The position numbers and the translations under genes are program-made. A DNA stretch of 64,000 bases from Octopus sinensis. Lineage: Eukaryota. Shown piece by piece: positions 12,210 to 23,633 of the stretch. Location: contig NC_043019.1 of NCBI RefSeq assembly GCF_006345805.1, positions 10,601,360 to 10,665,359 on the forward strand, written 5' to 3'. The number at the start of each line of letters is the position of its first letter. The stretch's first letter is position 1. The notes under the pieces are model-generated. The model was not told the DNA's origin. It saw only the letters and a list, made by a program, of their open reading frames with translations, and searched no databases.

Positions 12210-12759
12210 CTAAGCTTTACTGTAAAACTGCAACGCTTGCCACTGGCAAAATGATGATGATTGTGATGTTGGTGATGATGATGATGATAATTGTGGTGGT
12301 GATTGTTAAGCAACAAGACGGGTAAGGGTGATTAGGTGATGGTCTAGGGGTGGGAGACCACAGACCTTGGAAAAAAAGAAAAACTTTGGTCGTCTTGTAG
12401 TCGAGGGTTCTTCGTTGACGCCCGACACCACTGGGGGGGGGGGGTGGCCCTCGAAGTCGCTGGAAATGGAGATCTCCGGGTCCAAATTCTTGGACGGCTG
12501 GTGGTCATTGTGATGATGGTGGTGCTTGTGATGTTGATGATGATGATGATTGTGGTGATGATGATAATTGTGGTGGTGATTGTTGTTGTTGTTAAGCAAC
12601 ATGACAGGTAAGGGTGATTAGGTGATGGTCTAGGGCTTAGGGGCAGGAGACCCCAGACCTTGGAAAAAAAAGAAAAACTTTGGTGGTCTTGTAGTGGAAG
12701 GCTCTTCCTTGACGCCGTGATGTTGATGATGATGATGATGATAATTGTGGTGATGGCGC

Positions 12760-12850
12760 TGGTGATAAGACAAAGAAACAAACAAGTAGAAAAAAAAAGA
12801 ACAACAAAAAACAACAAAGACATCTCTGGTTGGTTTTGTTAAGATTTAAT
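12760..12850 (-). promoter_or_regulatory. Candidate CHERP polyadenylation signal ATTAAA (12850-12845) with downstream U/GU-rich element
   Basis: Minus strand reads ATTAAA about 260 nt after the stop, then about 30 nt later a tgtctttgttgttttttgttgttctttttttt tract. Confidence 0.5.
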
Positions 12851-13110
12851 ATTGTGATCTCAATGATGAAGAAATATGAGTGAAGAGAGGTAGAGGGGGA
12901 GGAAAAAAAAATATATAAAAGAATGAAATCCTGCAGTGAAAGGTTTTACGACCTGCTCCATAGAGGGAGAGGGCCAGAGAGGGGCACAGAGAGGGTCAAC
13001 ATCTCTGTAGAGAAAGAAGAGGATCAATGGAGGCCCCTCCTCAAATTCATGAAGCGGCTGGTGTTGGTGGTGGTGGTAGTGGTGGTGGTGGTGGTGATGG
13101 TGGTGGTAGC

Positions 13111-13274
13111 CTAATGATTCATTGGTGGTAGAGGGAAGTTCTGAGCTGCTGCTGCTGCGGCCACTCCTGCTGCTGGTTGCGGTGGCGATGATGCTCCAGC
13201 ATGGACTGGTGTGGTACTTTCCTCCTCCTTCATTGTCCGATTCTGTTGTGGCGTTTTGGCACCATGTCTGTTAG
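13111..13274 (-). CDS. CHERP: Putative terminal CHERP exon (A-NRHGAKTPQQ...NFPLPPMNH*)
   Basis: (CT)n tract + ccacag|CT; phase matches the upstream donor (G+CT); 53 codons then TAG at 13113-13111. Not a conserved CHERP sequence. Confidence 0.7.
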
Positions 13275-13884
13275 CTGTGGAGAGAGAGAGAGAGAGAGAG
13301 AGAGACTGGGGTTATAAGGGCAGGGCTTGTAGTGTTTAGAAGGGTGGTCAAACTGGTGGTGGGTGTGACTAGTTTTTTTTTTTTTGGAGGGAGGGGTACA
13401 GCAAGAGCTTGAGAAGGGGTGCCACAAGATAAGTTTCTTTATTGGCCACACAGGGCTGCACATAGATGGGACAAGTTACAAGGTAGAGCTTTTCTTTTGG
13501 GGGATAAAAAAAAAAAAAAGAAACAAACAAAAAAAAAGGTGGCGTAGGTTTTCGATCAAAAGGGATCGTAAAAGGGAAAAAAAAGAACAAAAAAAAAGAA
13601 AAGGAACAAAAGAAAAGAGAAATGAAAAAAAAAAGAAGAAAAAAGGGGAAGAGGAAAAAAAAACGATCAATAGGGATCATGTATCACAGTGTTATGATGT
13701 ATGGTGTAAAGGGGAAAGCAAGTAAGGTTTATCCGTGGGAAGAAAAGCCTACAAAAAAGACCACGGTAACCTTGGTCAAGATAAATGGCAGTGACCAGTG
13801 AACTGCGTGTATTAGGAGGACATAGTGGCCATGCAATGTATACATGAAAAAGTAGTGACCACTGCATGTGTGTGTGAATATGTA

Positions 13885-14380
13885 GTGACCACTTATTCTT
13901 TTATTTGTTTCAGTCTGTGGCCATGCTGGAGCACCGCCTTAAAGGGTTTTAGTTGAAGAAATCGACCCCAGGAATTATTCTTTGTAAGCCTAGTACTTAT
14001 TCTTATTTCTTTACTGTCCACAAGGGGCTACACACAGAGGGGACAAACAAAGACAGGTCGATTATATCAACCCCAGTGCGTAACTGGTACTTCTCGCCAC
14101 CTTATACTTAGTACTTATTCTATCACTCTCTTCTGCTGAACCGCATAAACACATCAACGTCACTTGTCAGCAATGGTGGTGGGTAGGACAAACATAGACA
14201 CAAAAACATAGATTTTTATATATGACAGGCTTCTTTCAGTTTCCGTCTACCATATTTTCCACTCACAAGACTTTGGTAGGCCCAAGGCTATAGTAGAAGA
14301 CACTTGCCCGAGGTGCCACACAGTGGGACTGAACCTGGAACCATATGGTTGAGAAGCAGGCTTCTTACTGCACGGCCACA
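13885..14380 (-). mobile_element. SINE family A variant with an inserted family-B fragment
   Basis: A tail and head flank a tctttactgtccacaagggg... B segment (about 14003-14092). Confidence 0.7.
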
Positions 14381-14461
14381 ATAAGTTTTTTACCTTTTAT
14401 TTGTTTCAGTCACTGGACTGTGACCATGCTGGGGCACCACTTTGGAGGATTTTATATATAC

Positions 14462-14945
14462 ATCCTACCCTGATGTAATCTCCAGGGATACAGGCATCCA
14501 GCAACAGGACCTCCGTAATGCCATGATGGACCGTGAAGTCTGGCGTAGCATGGTAAATTCCATTGTCTCGACCATGGTCGAACAATGATGATGGTGATGG
14601 AGATTAAATTAGGGTAGGAGAGTGTGTGCCCTGTGGTATCGCGAGCAGATGGCTTCCAGAGGAGAAGAGTAGAAAATACCTCGTTTTCAGCTCTACAACA
14701 ATGTCCAGCAAACTGGACTCTTCTACCTTTCACAACAGATGATACAGGTGGTAGTTTCCCATATATTTGTACTTTGGTCGGATGAAGCTTCCATGAGAGA
14801 TTTTGAGCTCTCGTAAGGAGGCGAGTGTAAGTTCCATCCAACCACCTCTCAAGCTTCTTTGATAACGCCCAGGTTTCTGAGCCATATAGTAGAATTGGTT
14901 TGACTGTGGCTTTGAAGATTTTAAGTTTGAAGTCTCTACAACAAT
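14462..14945 (-). mobile_element. RTE-like LINE 3' fragment whose terminal about 135 bp is inverted
   Basis: Minus: IFKATVKPILLYGSETWALS..RRVQFAGHCCR..SYPNLIS. Plus 14463-14592: SYPDVISRDTG..DREVWRSMV..EQ* then (TGA)n. Confidence 0.85.
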
Positions 14946-15020
14946 AACCCCCACCACTACACTGACAAGGGTGAGAGCTGGGGACGACAAAGAAGACTAA
15001 CTTTAGGGTTTTACACTTAC

Positions 15021-15239
15021 CTTTTTCTCCAATTCTTGCTTCGTCCCTTGCCTTCATTCGCTGGATAAAACCTTGGCTTTTGCTCTTACGGAACTGCTCA
15101 AACGGATCTTTCAACTCAAATGGATCTTTTATCTCAAATCCTACTCCCTTGTACATGTCCTGCCGGTTGCGACAGTCACCTCCTGATATAGGGTCAACTA
15201 TGCCCTGTTCTGTGACGCCAAGACCCTTGCCACTCCAAC
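15021..15239 (-). CDS. CHERP: CHERP exon, G-patch C-half (WSGKGLG...RMKARDEARIGEK)
   Basis: catttag|GT...AAAG|gtaagt; 219 nt. Confidence 0.95.
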
Positions 15240-15680
15240 CTAAATGACAAACAGAGACAAGATATATCAATGTATTATCAACATATTCTAGCAGACAGAC
15301 AAACTCCATCATCATTCATTACCATCAATGTTCAATAGTCATATCCAATAACCGGGCAATCTCACAGGTGCTTGTGTGAGAATAGAACACAGTAAAGTGG
15401 TTGGTGTTAGGGTTAGGGTTAGAAGTTGTGGAAAACATGGGGGGAAAAAATTGGAATAATTTTTTTTATTACTGGTTTCTGTCATTTGACTGTGGCCATG
15501 CTGGAGCACCACCTTAAAGTGCTTTTGTCGAACAAATCAACCTCAAGATTTATTTTTAAGCCTAGTACTTATTCTATTGGTCTCTTTGCTGAACCGCAAA
15601 GTTATGGGGAAGTAAACAAACCAATACCAGTTGTCAAGTGATGATGGGAGTACAAACGCAGACACACATAGATATATATC

Positions 15681-15975
15681 ATCATCATTATCATCATCAA
15701 CGTTTAACGTCTGCTTTCCATGCTAGCATGGGTTGGACGATTTGACTGAGGACTGGTGAACCAGATGGCTGCACCAGTCTCCAATCTGATCTGGCTGAGT
15801 TTCTACAGCTGGATGCCCTTCCTAATGCCAACCACTCTGAGAGTGTAGTGGGTGCTTTTACGTGCCACCGGCAGGAGGGCCAGTCAGGCGGTACTGGCAA
15901 CGGCCATGCCCAAATGGTGTTTTTTTTACATGCCACCTGCACACTGGTACAAGTGCCAGTAAGGCGATGCTGGTA
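15681..15975 (-). mobile_element. Family F copy
   Basis: Matches the LINE 3' UTR. Confidence 0.8.
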
Positions 15976-16236
15976 ATGATAAATTATATATATGTATATA
16001 TATATATATATACATGATGGGGTTCTTTCAGTTTCCATCTGCCAAATCCATTCACAACTCTTTGGTTGGCCTGAGGCTATATTAGAAGAGACACTTGCCC
16101 AAGAATATTGATGATGATGCCTCGTAGCCCCAATGGCCACACTTCTGTTACAAACCAACCCCAACTTAATAATAAACAAGGAATGAGAAAAAAACGGTTG
16201 ACCAGGAGGGTGCTGGTCAAGCCAAACTCAACTTAC

Positions 16237-16322
16237 CCATCTTCATCAGCATTTGGTGGCCTTTGTTATCTTCTCCGATCCTTTGGTCAAACATGGGAGG
16301 CTGCAAGAAGTTTTCACCGCCA
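16237..16322 (-). CDS. CHERP: CHERP exon, G-patch N-half (GGENF...IGEDNKGHQMLMKM-G)
   Basis: ccgtttag|T...G|gtaagt; 86 nt. Confidence 0.96.
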
Positions 16323-17201
16323 CTAAACGGAAGACAGACAAGAGAAGCAAGAGCGATTAGTTTTGGTGTAAGCAGGAGGTAAAAGAAAATGGAAAGCAGG
16401 AGGAAGAAAAGGGAAAAGGACAAGACTGTAGTAAAGTGACATCCCTGCTGTTCAGTTTAAAATTTTGCTTATCAAGCCCATTTCGGTACCATGCAGTGGG
16501 ACTGAACCTGGAACCACACAGTCATACCTGCAAAACTTAAATTCTTTTCCCCAAGATCTTAGACCCCACTTCCTTGGAGTAAACATCCTGTCCAGCAAAA
16601 TAATTTTTTCTTCTTCTTCCCTCTCCCTTCCCGTCTTTTTCTTTAACACTTCTTTGAAATACAAAAACACACACATGCTCTCTCTCTCTCTCCCCATCCA
16701 TCACCCTCTTGTACTGTCTTATGTCTCTCCCCACCACTACACACTCAATATTATGGATTTTTTTTTTCATTTATTTATGGTGCCAAGCCCATTTTGTGCT
16801 GTATTTTCTTTCCTACTAGTTGTCTGATTTTATTATAAATTATATGCTTTTAAAACCATATTTATATGTTTTTGTTCACTAAAAATAGAAGTACCTCATT
16901 GAGTTTTTCAAGCCTGGTCCTTACTCATTCTATCAGTTTCTTTTGCTGAACTGTTACATTTCAGGGATGTAAACAAACCAGTCCTGGTTGTCAACCTGTG
17001 GTGGGAGACAGATAGACTCACTCACTCACTCTCTCTCTCTGTCTTCCTCACACACACATAATGGGCTTCTTTCAGCTTCTACCTCCCAAATCCATTTATA
17101 AGGATTATAAATAGGATTTGATCAAGGACAACATAAGACTGATCAAAAAACACAAACAAAACAATGGGGAAAAACAAAAAATGTGTTTAAGATTTACTTA
17201 C

Positions 17202-17330
17202 AAGTTTGGAGGAGATGGGCTTTGAGATCTGCGTCGGTTCCTGGAAGGAGAAGGTGATCGAGACTTGCTACTGCGCAGGTAGGGCAGTGGAGATTTTGAC
17301 TTAGATCTTGAATGTGACCTGGAGTGGGAC
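17202..17330 (-). CDS. CHERP: CHERP exon, RS-rich (SHSRSHSRSKSKSP...SPSPPN-F)
   Basis: cactcag|G...TT|gtaagt; 129 nt; in a frame not shown in the ORF track. Confidence 0.92.
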
Positions 17331-17373
17331 CTGAGTGAAAAGAGATTATAAATAATAATGACGACAATAATAA

Positions 17374-17912
17374 TCTCTCTCTATATAAACGGCAGTTTGT
17401 CTGTCTGTGTGTCTGTCAGGTTGTACTCTCACCCTGACCACGGCTTTCAACCGATTCTGATGAAACTTGACACACACATAGCCCAATGTCATAATTCAAA
17501 ACTAACGCAGTGAAAATTTCGAAAAGTTCCCCCAGTTTTGAAATAATCGATAAATTCGACATGGGGTCGAGAATCTCAGCTTTTTATATGCAACACATTT
17601 TCTGTTGTAGTTTTCGCAACTTGCAATCGATTTTCACTAAACTCATGGTGAAGCTTAATGTTACCCTAAGAAACTTAATCCTGACGTTAGTTTTCCATGC
17701 AATACCTTACCATCAGAAAAAATCGATAAAATCATGCCATTTTGGGAAATCGCGTTTTCGCCCAAAGGGACAGCTAGGAACATCGTATACACAGAAGACA
17801 TTGCAACCTACACATGCGCCTTCATTCCCTAGAGGGAAAGGACTAGATTGGTATTAGTCGTTGCCTACTAGGGGCTCTTACATACCCGGGCAACGCCGGG
17901 CTTTGCTGCTAG
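17374..17912 (+). mobile_element. Non-autonomous Helitron
   Basis: A|TC start, CTAG|T end, subterminal hairpin CCCGG-gcaacg-CCGGG, no TSD; second copy at 33351. Confidence 0.85.
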
Positions 17913-18228
17913 TAATAATAATAATAATAATACATAGACAAATCATCAGGACTTATGAATGTATATGACATACAGAAAATAGTACCACTAGGCACCACAC
18001 ACCTCCTACATAAAACACTTTCAATACAGTGAAAATAAGAGCACCACAACAAACCATAGTACATACCCAAGGTACACAGAGTTGCACCCGGTAGTGCAGT
18101 GGAAGCATGTGTAAAAATAAGACTGCTGAATAATAATAATAATATTATAAAAAAAAATGTGATGGTTGTCTTTTGGTTTCACACTTCCCTTAACTGTTTC
18201 CATTTCTCTCTTGGTATTGGTAAGCCCT

Positions 18229-18456
18229 TTAACCCTTTCGTTACCAACCCGGCTGAAACCGGCTCTGGCCCTTTAGAATAAATGTCTTGTTTTCATAAGT
18301 TTTAAATTAAAATCTTCCACCAAACCTTAGTCACAATTTATGTTCCTACACTAGCTGAATGATAACTAAGTTATTTTACTAAACTCTTTGTTATATTTCA
18401 AGTAATTGAAGGAAACACAGAGCATCTCAAAATAAATACAGTAACGAAAGGGTTAA
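18229..18456. mobile_element. piggyBac-type MITE, family 1
   Basis: TTAA TSD both sides; TIR CCCTTTCGTTAC / GTAACGAAAGGG. Confidence 0.85.
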
Positions 18457-18840
18457 ATGTATAAACTGTCTGTGGGCCAGACTCAGCCTGCAGCAGTTTT
18501 TGGTCTGGCCTCCAGCTCAATTTTATATACCCTTTATCTTTTTCTTGTTTCAGTCATTATTCTATGACGGAGTACTGTCTTCAAAATATTTGGTGTAACA
18601 AATCAAACACAGTACTTTCTTTTTGCAAAGGCCCGGTAAGGTTTTACAGTGGACACAGTGCAAGCTTTTTATCTATCATTAATCTTCTTAACAACTGTGG
18701 ACATTCATTCAGACAACTTCTATCTCCAGTCTTACTAAACACACTTATTCACACACTTATTGCAGCAGACCTTCAGTTTTTGTAAACCCTGTAAAAGAAC
18801 TAAGAAAGTTGGGGCTCTAACCAGGCCTTTCGTGACACCT

Positions 18841-19069
18841 TTAACCCTTTAGTGTTCACATTATTCTGCCAAAATTCATGCTTTTTCATCCACATTGTTT
18901 TGGACTAATCAGGCATTATCTTGTAGCTATGAGATTTTGATGAGGTAGCTGTTAATTTTTAAGATGATATTGTAGGGTTAGTGTGAGAGACCAGATATGG
19001 CCAGTTTGAACATAAAACAGGCAGAATACTTTTGGCTGGATATGGCCGGTTTAAATGCTAAAGGGTTAA
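18841..19069. mobile_element. piggyBac-type MITE, family 2
   Basis: TTAA-CCCTTTAG ... CTAAAGGG-TTAA. Confidence 0.8.
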
Positions 19070-19321
19070 AGCCTGGAACTTTACAGCCCCACCCTGTACA
19101 ATATTACTCAGTGGTAACTTGAACAATGCTACTCAAATTGGCAGAGGAAAGCTCCTACATTACCCCCTGTGGTGGGAAAAGGTCATATGTTGCCCATAGT
19201 AGCAAGCAAAGGGCCCCCACAATGTTCAGATGTTGGGGAAACTTATTATTGTCCTCCCTCCATCCCTGCCGATAGCAAAAGAGATGTAGACAAAAGTTGT
19301 TTGTACCTTTTAGCGTCATAC

Positions 19322-19519
19322 CTTCTACGAGAGCGCGTTCGTGGTGAGTTGGAACGTGACCGAGGTCTCGGAGGCGGAGAACTTGACCGACCTCGGAAGC
19401 GGTCGGACGGCTGGTGTTTCTCTTTTTCTTTCTCCTTCTCCAGTTCTCGGTCTCGGATCTTCTTAGCTTTCTGTTTCGCCTTGAGGAACTCATAGAGGCC
19501 TAGTTTCTCCCAGCCCTCG
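19322..19519 (-). CDS. CHERP: CHERP exon (EGWEKLGLYEFLKAK...RSRR), start of RS region
   Basis: gtttcag|C...AG|gtatga; 198 nt. Confidence 0.95.
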
Positions 19520-20203
19520 CTGAAACGACAAACAACAACAACAACAGTAACATCAATAATACAACAAATCTTAATCAAGGAAATTCTATGCAATCATTCA
19601 ACCAGCTAGAAATAGCAGCTAAAACTCTGTTAAATCACACAATACCACATTAAAAAAAGGACACACCCGATACATTATGTCTGGAAACAGGATGGTCATA
19701 GTTACAATATCTTTTACCAGTGGTCTGTCTAAGGGATGTCCCTGGGCTAAACAACAACTGCAGTAACATTAACAAACACAGGCTTCTTTCAGTTTCCGCC
19801 TACCAAATCCATTCACAAAGCTTTGGTTGGTCCAAGGCTATAGTAGAAGATACTGGTCCAAAGTGCTGTGCAGTGGGACTGAACCCATAACCATGTGGTT
19901 GGGAAGTAAACTTTTAACCATATACTCATACCTGTGCTTATACATGCACACACACACACACACACAGCTGTCTGGGAGATATCTTATGGTAGTAGAATAG
20001 TATTTAACTGCTATTTCTAAATTTCAGTACGTGGTGAAGCAATTTTGCTAAGCCCTAATTATAATTATGTTTATAATTATAATTTTTGTATAAGTTTACC
20101 GATAATGATTCTTTTAACAAACCGAACTACTTGGTAAGATTATTAATTATAAATTGATTAATTAATTTTACCCTTTATTATTATTACATATATTGAGGTA
20201 ATC

Positions 20204-23200
20204 ATGGGTAGATAAAGTAATTGAGGTAATCAGAGTATGTGACAGAATACTTAAGATTAGATTAGTGCTTCATCATAGTTTAGCAACCATTATATCAGCC
20301 TATGCTCCTCAGTCGGGGCTACCCGATGGACAGAAAGACCGATTCTATGACACTCTACTGCAGACTACCTCGTTGACGAACGACAGAGACCTTATCTTTG
20401 TGGCTGGTGACTTCAATGGTCACGTTGGACGACATGCTGGGGGCTTCCATGGCGTACATGGAGGCTATGGCTATGGCTCCCGCAACGAGGAGGGAACCAG
20501 GCTGCTGGAGTTCTGCGATGCAAATAATCTTATGATTTGCAACACTAACTTCAGGAAACCTACCAGCCACCTAGTCACTTACCAATCGGGCCAACATACC
20601 AGCCAAATTGACTACATCCTTACAAGGCAAAGGGAGAGATGGCTGCTTATAAATGCCAAAACCTTCCCAGGTGAAGAATGTACCCCACAACATAGACTGG
20701 TAGTTAGTGACTTTAGGATCAGGACTAGGAGGACAACCAGAAGACGACAAATATGGAGAAGAAGGATCTGGAAGCTTAAAGATCCTGCAAATGGACAGAG
20801 ATTTAGGGACATATTACTTGAAGCCTCTGACGAAGTAGAAGGGGATAGAGCATCACAGGGGTAGAAGACAGCTGGACGTTTCTAAGGGACAACCTGCTGA
20901 GAGCCACTGACCAGATCTGTGGCTGGTGCAAAGTCCCCTCTCGACCTAGAATAACGTGGTGGTGGTGGAACAATATTGTAGACAGGGCTATTAGAGAAAA
21001 GAGACAGGCTTGGAAGGTCTGGAAAAATGGGGGTAGCAGGGATTGTATCAGACTGCCAAAAGAGAAGCTAGGAGACAGGTTTATTTAGCCAGAGGGGAAG
21101 CAGATAAGAAAAAATTTGCCAATGTTCTGCGCCGTGAGGACCAAAGACTGGAGGTGTTTCGTGTTGCAAGACAGTGTGTGAGAGAGAATCGTGATGTGGT
21201 AGGAGAGAAGTGTGTTCGCATGGAAGATGGTTCACTTGCGCTAAATGAGGATGCAAAGAGAGAGGTTTGGAGATGCCACTATGAAAGGTTGCTGAATGAA
21301 GAAAATGAATGGGATAAAGAGAGTCTGCCGAATGTTGACCCAACAGAGGGACCAGCTATCCGAGTTGATAGTTCCGTGGTAGCTAAGGCAATTAGAAGCA
21401 TGAAGACAGGGAAAGCCCCAGGCCCATCAGGAATCACTGCAGAGATGCTCAAAATGTCTGGTAGTGTCGGCTATAGCCTAGTCACCCGTATAGTTAATCA
21501 GGTGATACACAAAGGGGTCATACCCAATGACTGGTGTAGCAGTATAATAGTCAACTGCTACAAGGTAAAGGTGATGCCCTAGATACAAATAACTACAGAG
21601 GTATCAAGCTGTTGGACCAGGTGATGAAGGTTACGGAGAGGGTCATAGCCCAACTAATTAGAGAGAGAGTTAGTTTAGATGAGATGCAGTTTGGGTTTGT
21701 GCCAGGGAAAAGTACTACTGATGCTATATTCCTGGTAAGGCAGCTGCAGGAGAAATACCTAGCCAAAGATAAGCCCCTGTACCTGGCTTTTGTTGACATG
21801 GAGAAAGCCCTCGACAGGGTCCCCCGATCCCTTATCTGGTGGGCAATGAGGAAACTAGGGATAGATGAATGGTTAGTGAGAGCTGTGCGGGCCATGTACA
21901 GGGACGCCGCTAGTAGGGTGAGGGTTGGAAATGAGTACAGTGAAGAATTCCGGGTAGAGGTAGGGGTCCACCAAGGCTCAGTACTCAGCCCCCTCCTATT
22001 TATCATAGTCCTCCAGGCAATAACGGAGGAATTCAAGACAGGATGCCCTTGGGAGCTCCTCTATGCTGATGACCTTGCTCTAATTGCTGAGTCGCTATCA
22101 GAACTGGAGGAGAAGTTTCAGGTGTGGAAACAAGGATTAGAATCGAAGGGCCTCAGAGTCAATCTAGCTAAAACCAAAGTCGTAATCAGTAGGAAGGTAG
22201 ACAAATCACAAACACCTTCAGGTAGATGGCCCTGCTCGATCTGTAGAAAAGGTGTAGGTAGAAACTCTATAAGATGCACCAAGTGTAAGCTATGGACACA
22301 TAAGAGATGCAGCAATGTCAAAGGAAGGCTAACTAGGAAGATGGTTTTTGTATGTGGCAGATGCTCAGGAACAATAAACACTGAAAATGCTCTGAGACCA
22401 ACTTCCGTCACTTTCCAGGGAAAAAACTAGAAATAGTTGATAGTTTCCGTTACCTAGGTGACCAAGTCAGCAGCGGGGGCGGGTGTGCTGAAAGTGTAAC
22501 TGCTAGAGTAAGAATAGCTTGGGCAAAGTTCAGAGAGCTCTTACCTCTGCTGGTGACAAAAGGCCTCTCGCACAGAGTGAAAGGCAGACTGTATGATGCG
22601 TGTGTACGAACAGCCATGCTACATGGCAGTGAAACATGGGCCGTGACTGCTGAGGATATGCGTAAGCTCGCTAGAAATGAAGCCAGTATGCTCCGATGGA
22701 TGTGTAATGCCGGTACTCACACTCGGCAGAGTGTAAGTACCTTGAGAGAAAAGCTGGACCTAAGAAGCATCAGTTGTGGTGTGCAAGAGAGACGTTTGCG
22801 CTGGTATGGTCATGTGGCGAGAATGGATGAAGATAGTTGTGTGAAAAAGTGCCACACCCTAGCGGTTGAGGGAACCTGTGGAAGAGGCAGACCCAGGAAA
22901 ACCTGGGACGAGGTGGTGAAGCACGACCTTCGAACTTTAGGTCTCACTGAGGAAATGACTAGAGACCGAGACCTCTGGAAGTGTGCTGTGCGCGAGAAGA
23001 CCCGGCAGGACAAGTGAGTCCATAACCCGTGGCCTTCTACATGGGATGGAGCCAGCCTACGTATGCATACCTTCCCTTCTTGGGACACAAAACTCTACTT
23101 GTGAAGACGTGATGAGGCAAGTGAGGATCAGAATCGAAATCGATCAATGGAAATTGCGGATGTGCTACCAGTGCCGGTGGCATGTCAAAACTCTGCTTGT

Positions 23201-23619
23201 GAAGACCCGTTGAGGCAAGTGACGATCAGAATCGAAATCGATCAATGGAAATCGATCAATGGAAATTGCAGATGTGTTACCAGTGCCGGTGGCATGTAAG
23301 AGAACTTTCCGTTTCGCGACCGTTGCCAGCACCGCCCCGTTTCGTGTCCGTTGCCAGCCTCGCCTGGCCCTCGTGCCGGTGGCACATAAAAAGCACCATC
23401 CGTTTGCCAGCTCTGTCTGGCACCAGTGCGGGTGGCACGTAAAAAGCACCCACTACACTCACGGAGTGGTTGGCGTTAGGAAGGGCATCCAGCCGTAGAA
23501 ACACTGCCAGATTTGACTGGGCCTGATGAAGCCTTCTGGCTTCACAGACCCCAGTAGAACCGTCCAACCCATGCTAGCATGGAAAACGGACGCTAAACGA
23601 TGATGATGATGATGATGAT
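20204..23619 (+). mobile_element. 5'-truncated RTE-clade LINE (APE endonuclease C-half, RT, PHD-like finger, C-terminal domain, long 3' UTR, (GAT)n tail); frameshifted
   Basis: IISAYAPQ..GDFNGHVG..SQIDYIL (APE); QFGFVPGKSTTDAIF, GVHQGSVLSPLLF, LLYADDLAL (RT); HGSETW, RRLRWYGHV, GRGRPRKTW. Frame breaks near 20855, 21040, 21570 and 22420. Confidence 0.95.
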
Positions 23620-23633
23620 ATATATATATATTT

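Noticed and set aside
14462-14945. Twin-priming explanation for the inverted LINE
   Set aside because: The junction joins the tail to the internal breakpoint, not the head-to-head geometry that twin priming produces.
15406-15422. (TTAGGG)2 telomere-like motif (also about 6162-6172)
   Set aside because: Too short; compatible with chance.
23100-23270. Hammerhead-like GTGATGAG/CCGTTGAG...CGAAATCGATC in the LINE 3' UTR duplication
   Set aside because: Both cores are mutated, and neither stem I nor stem II can be paired.
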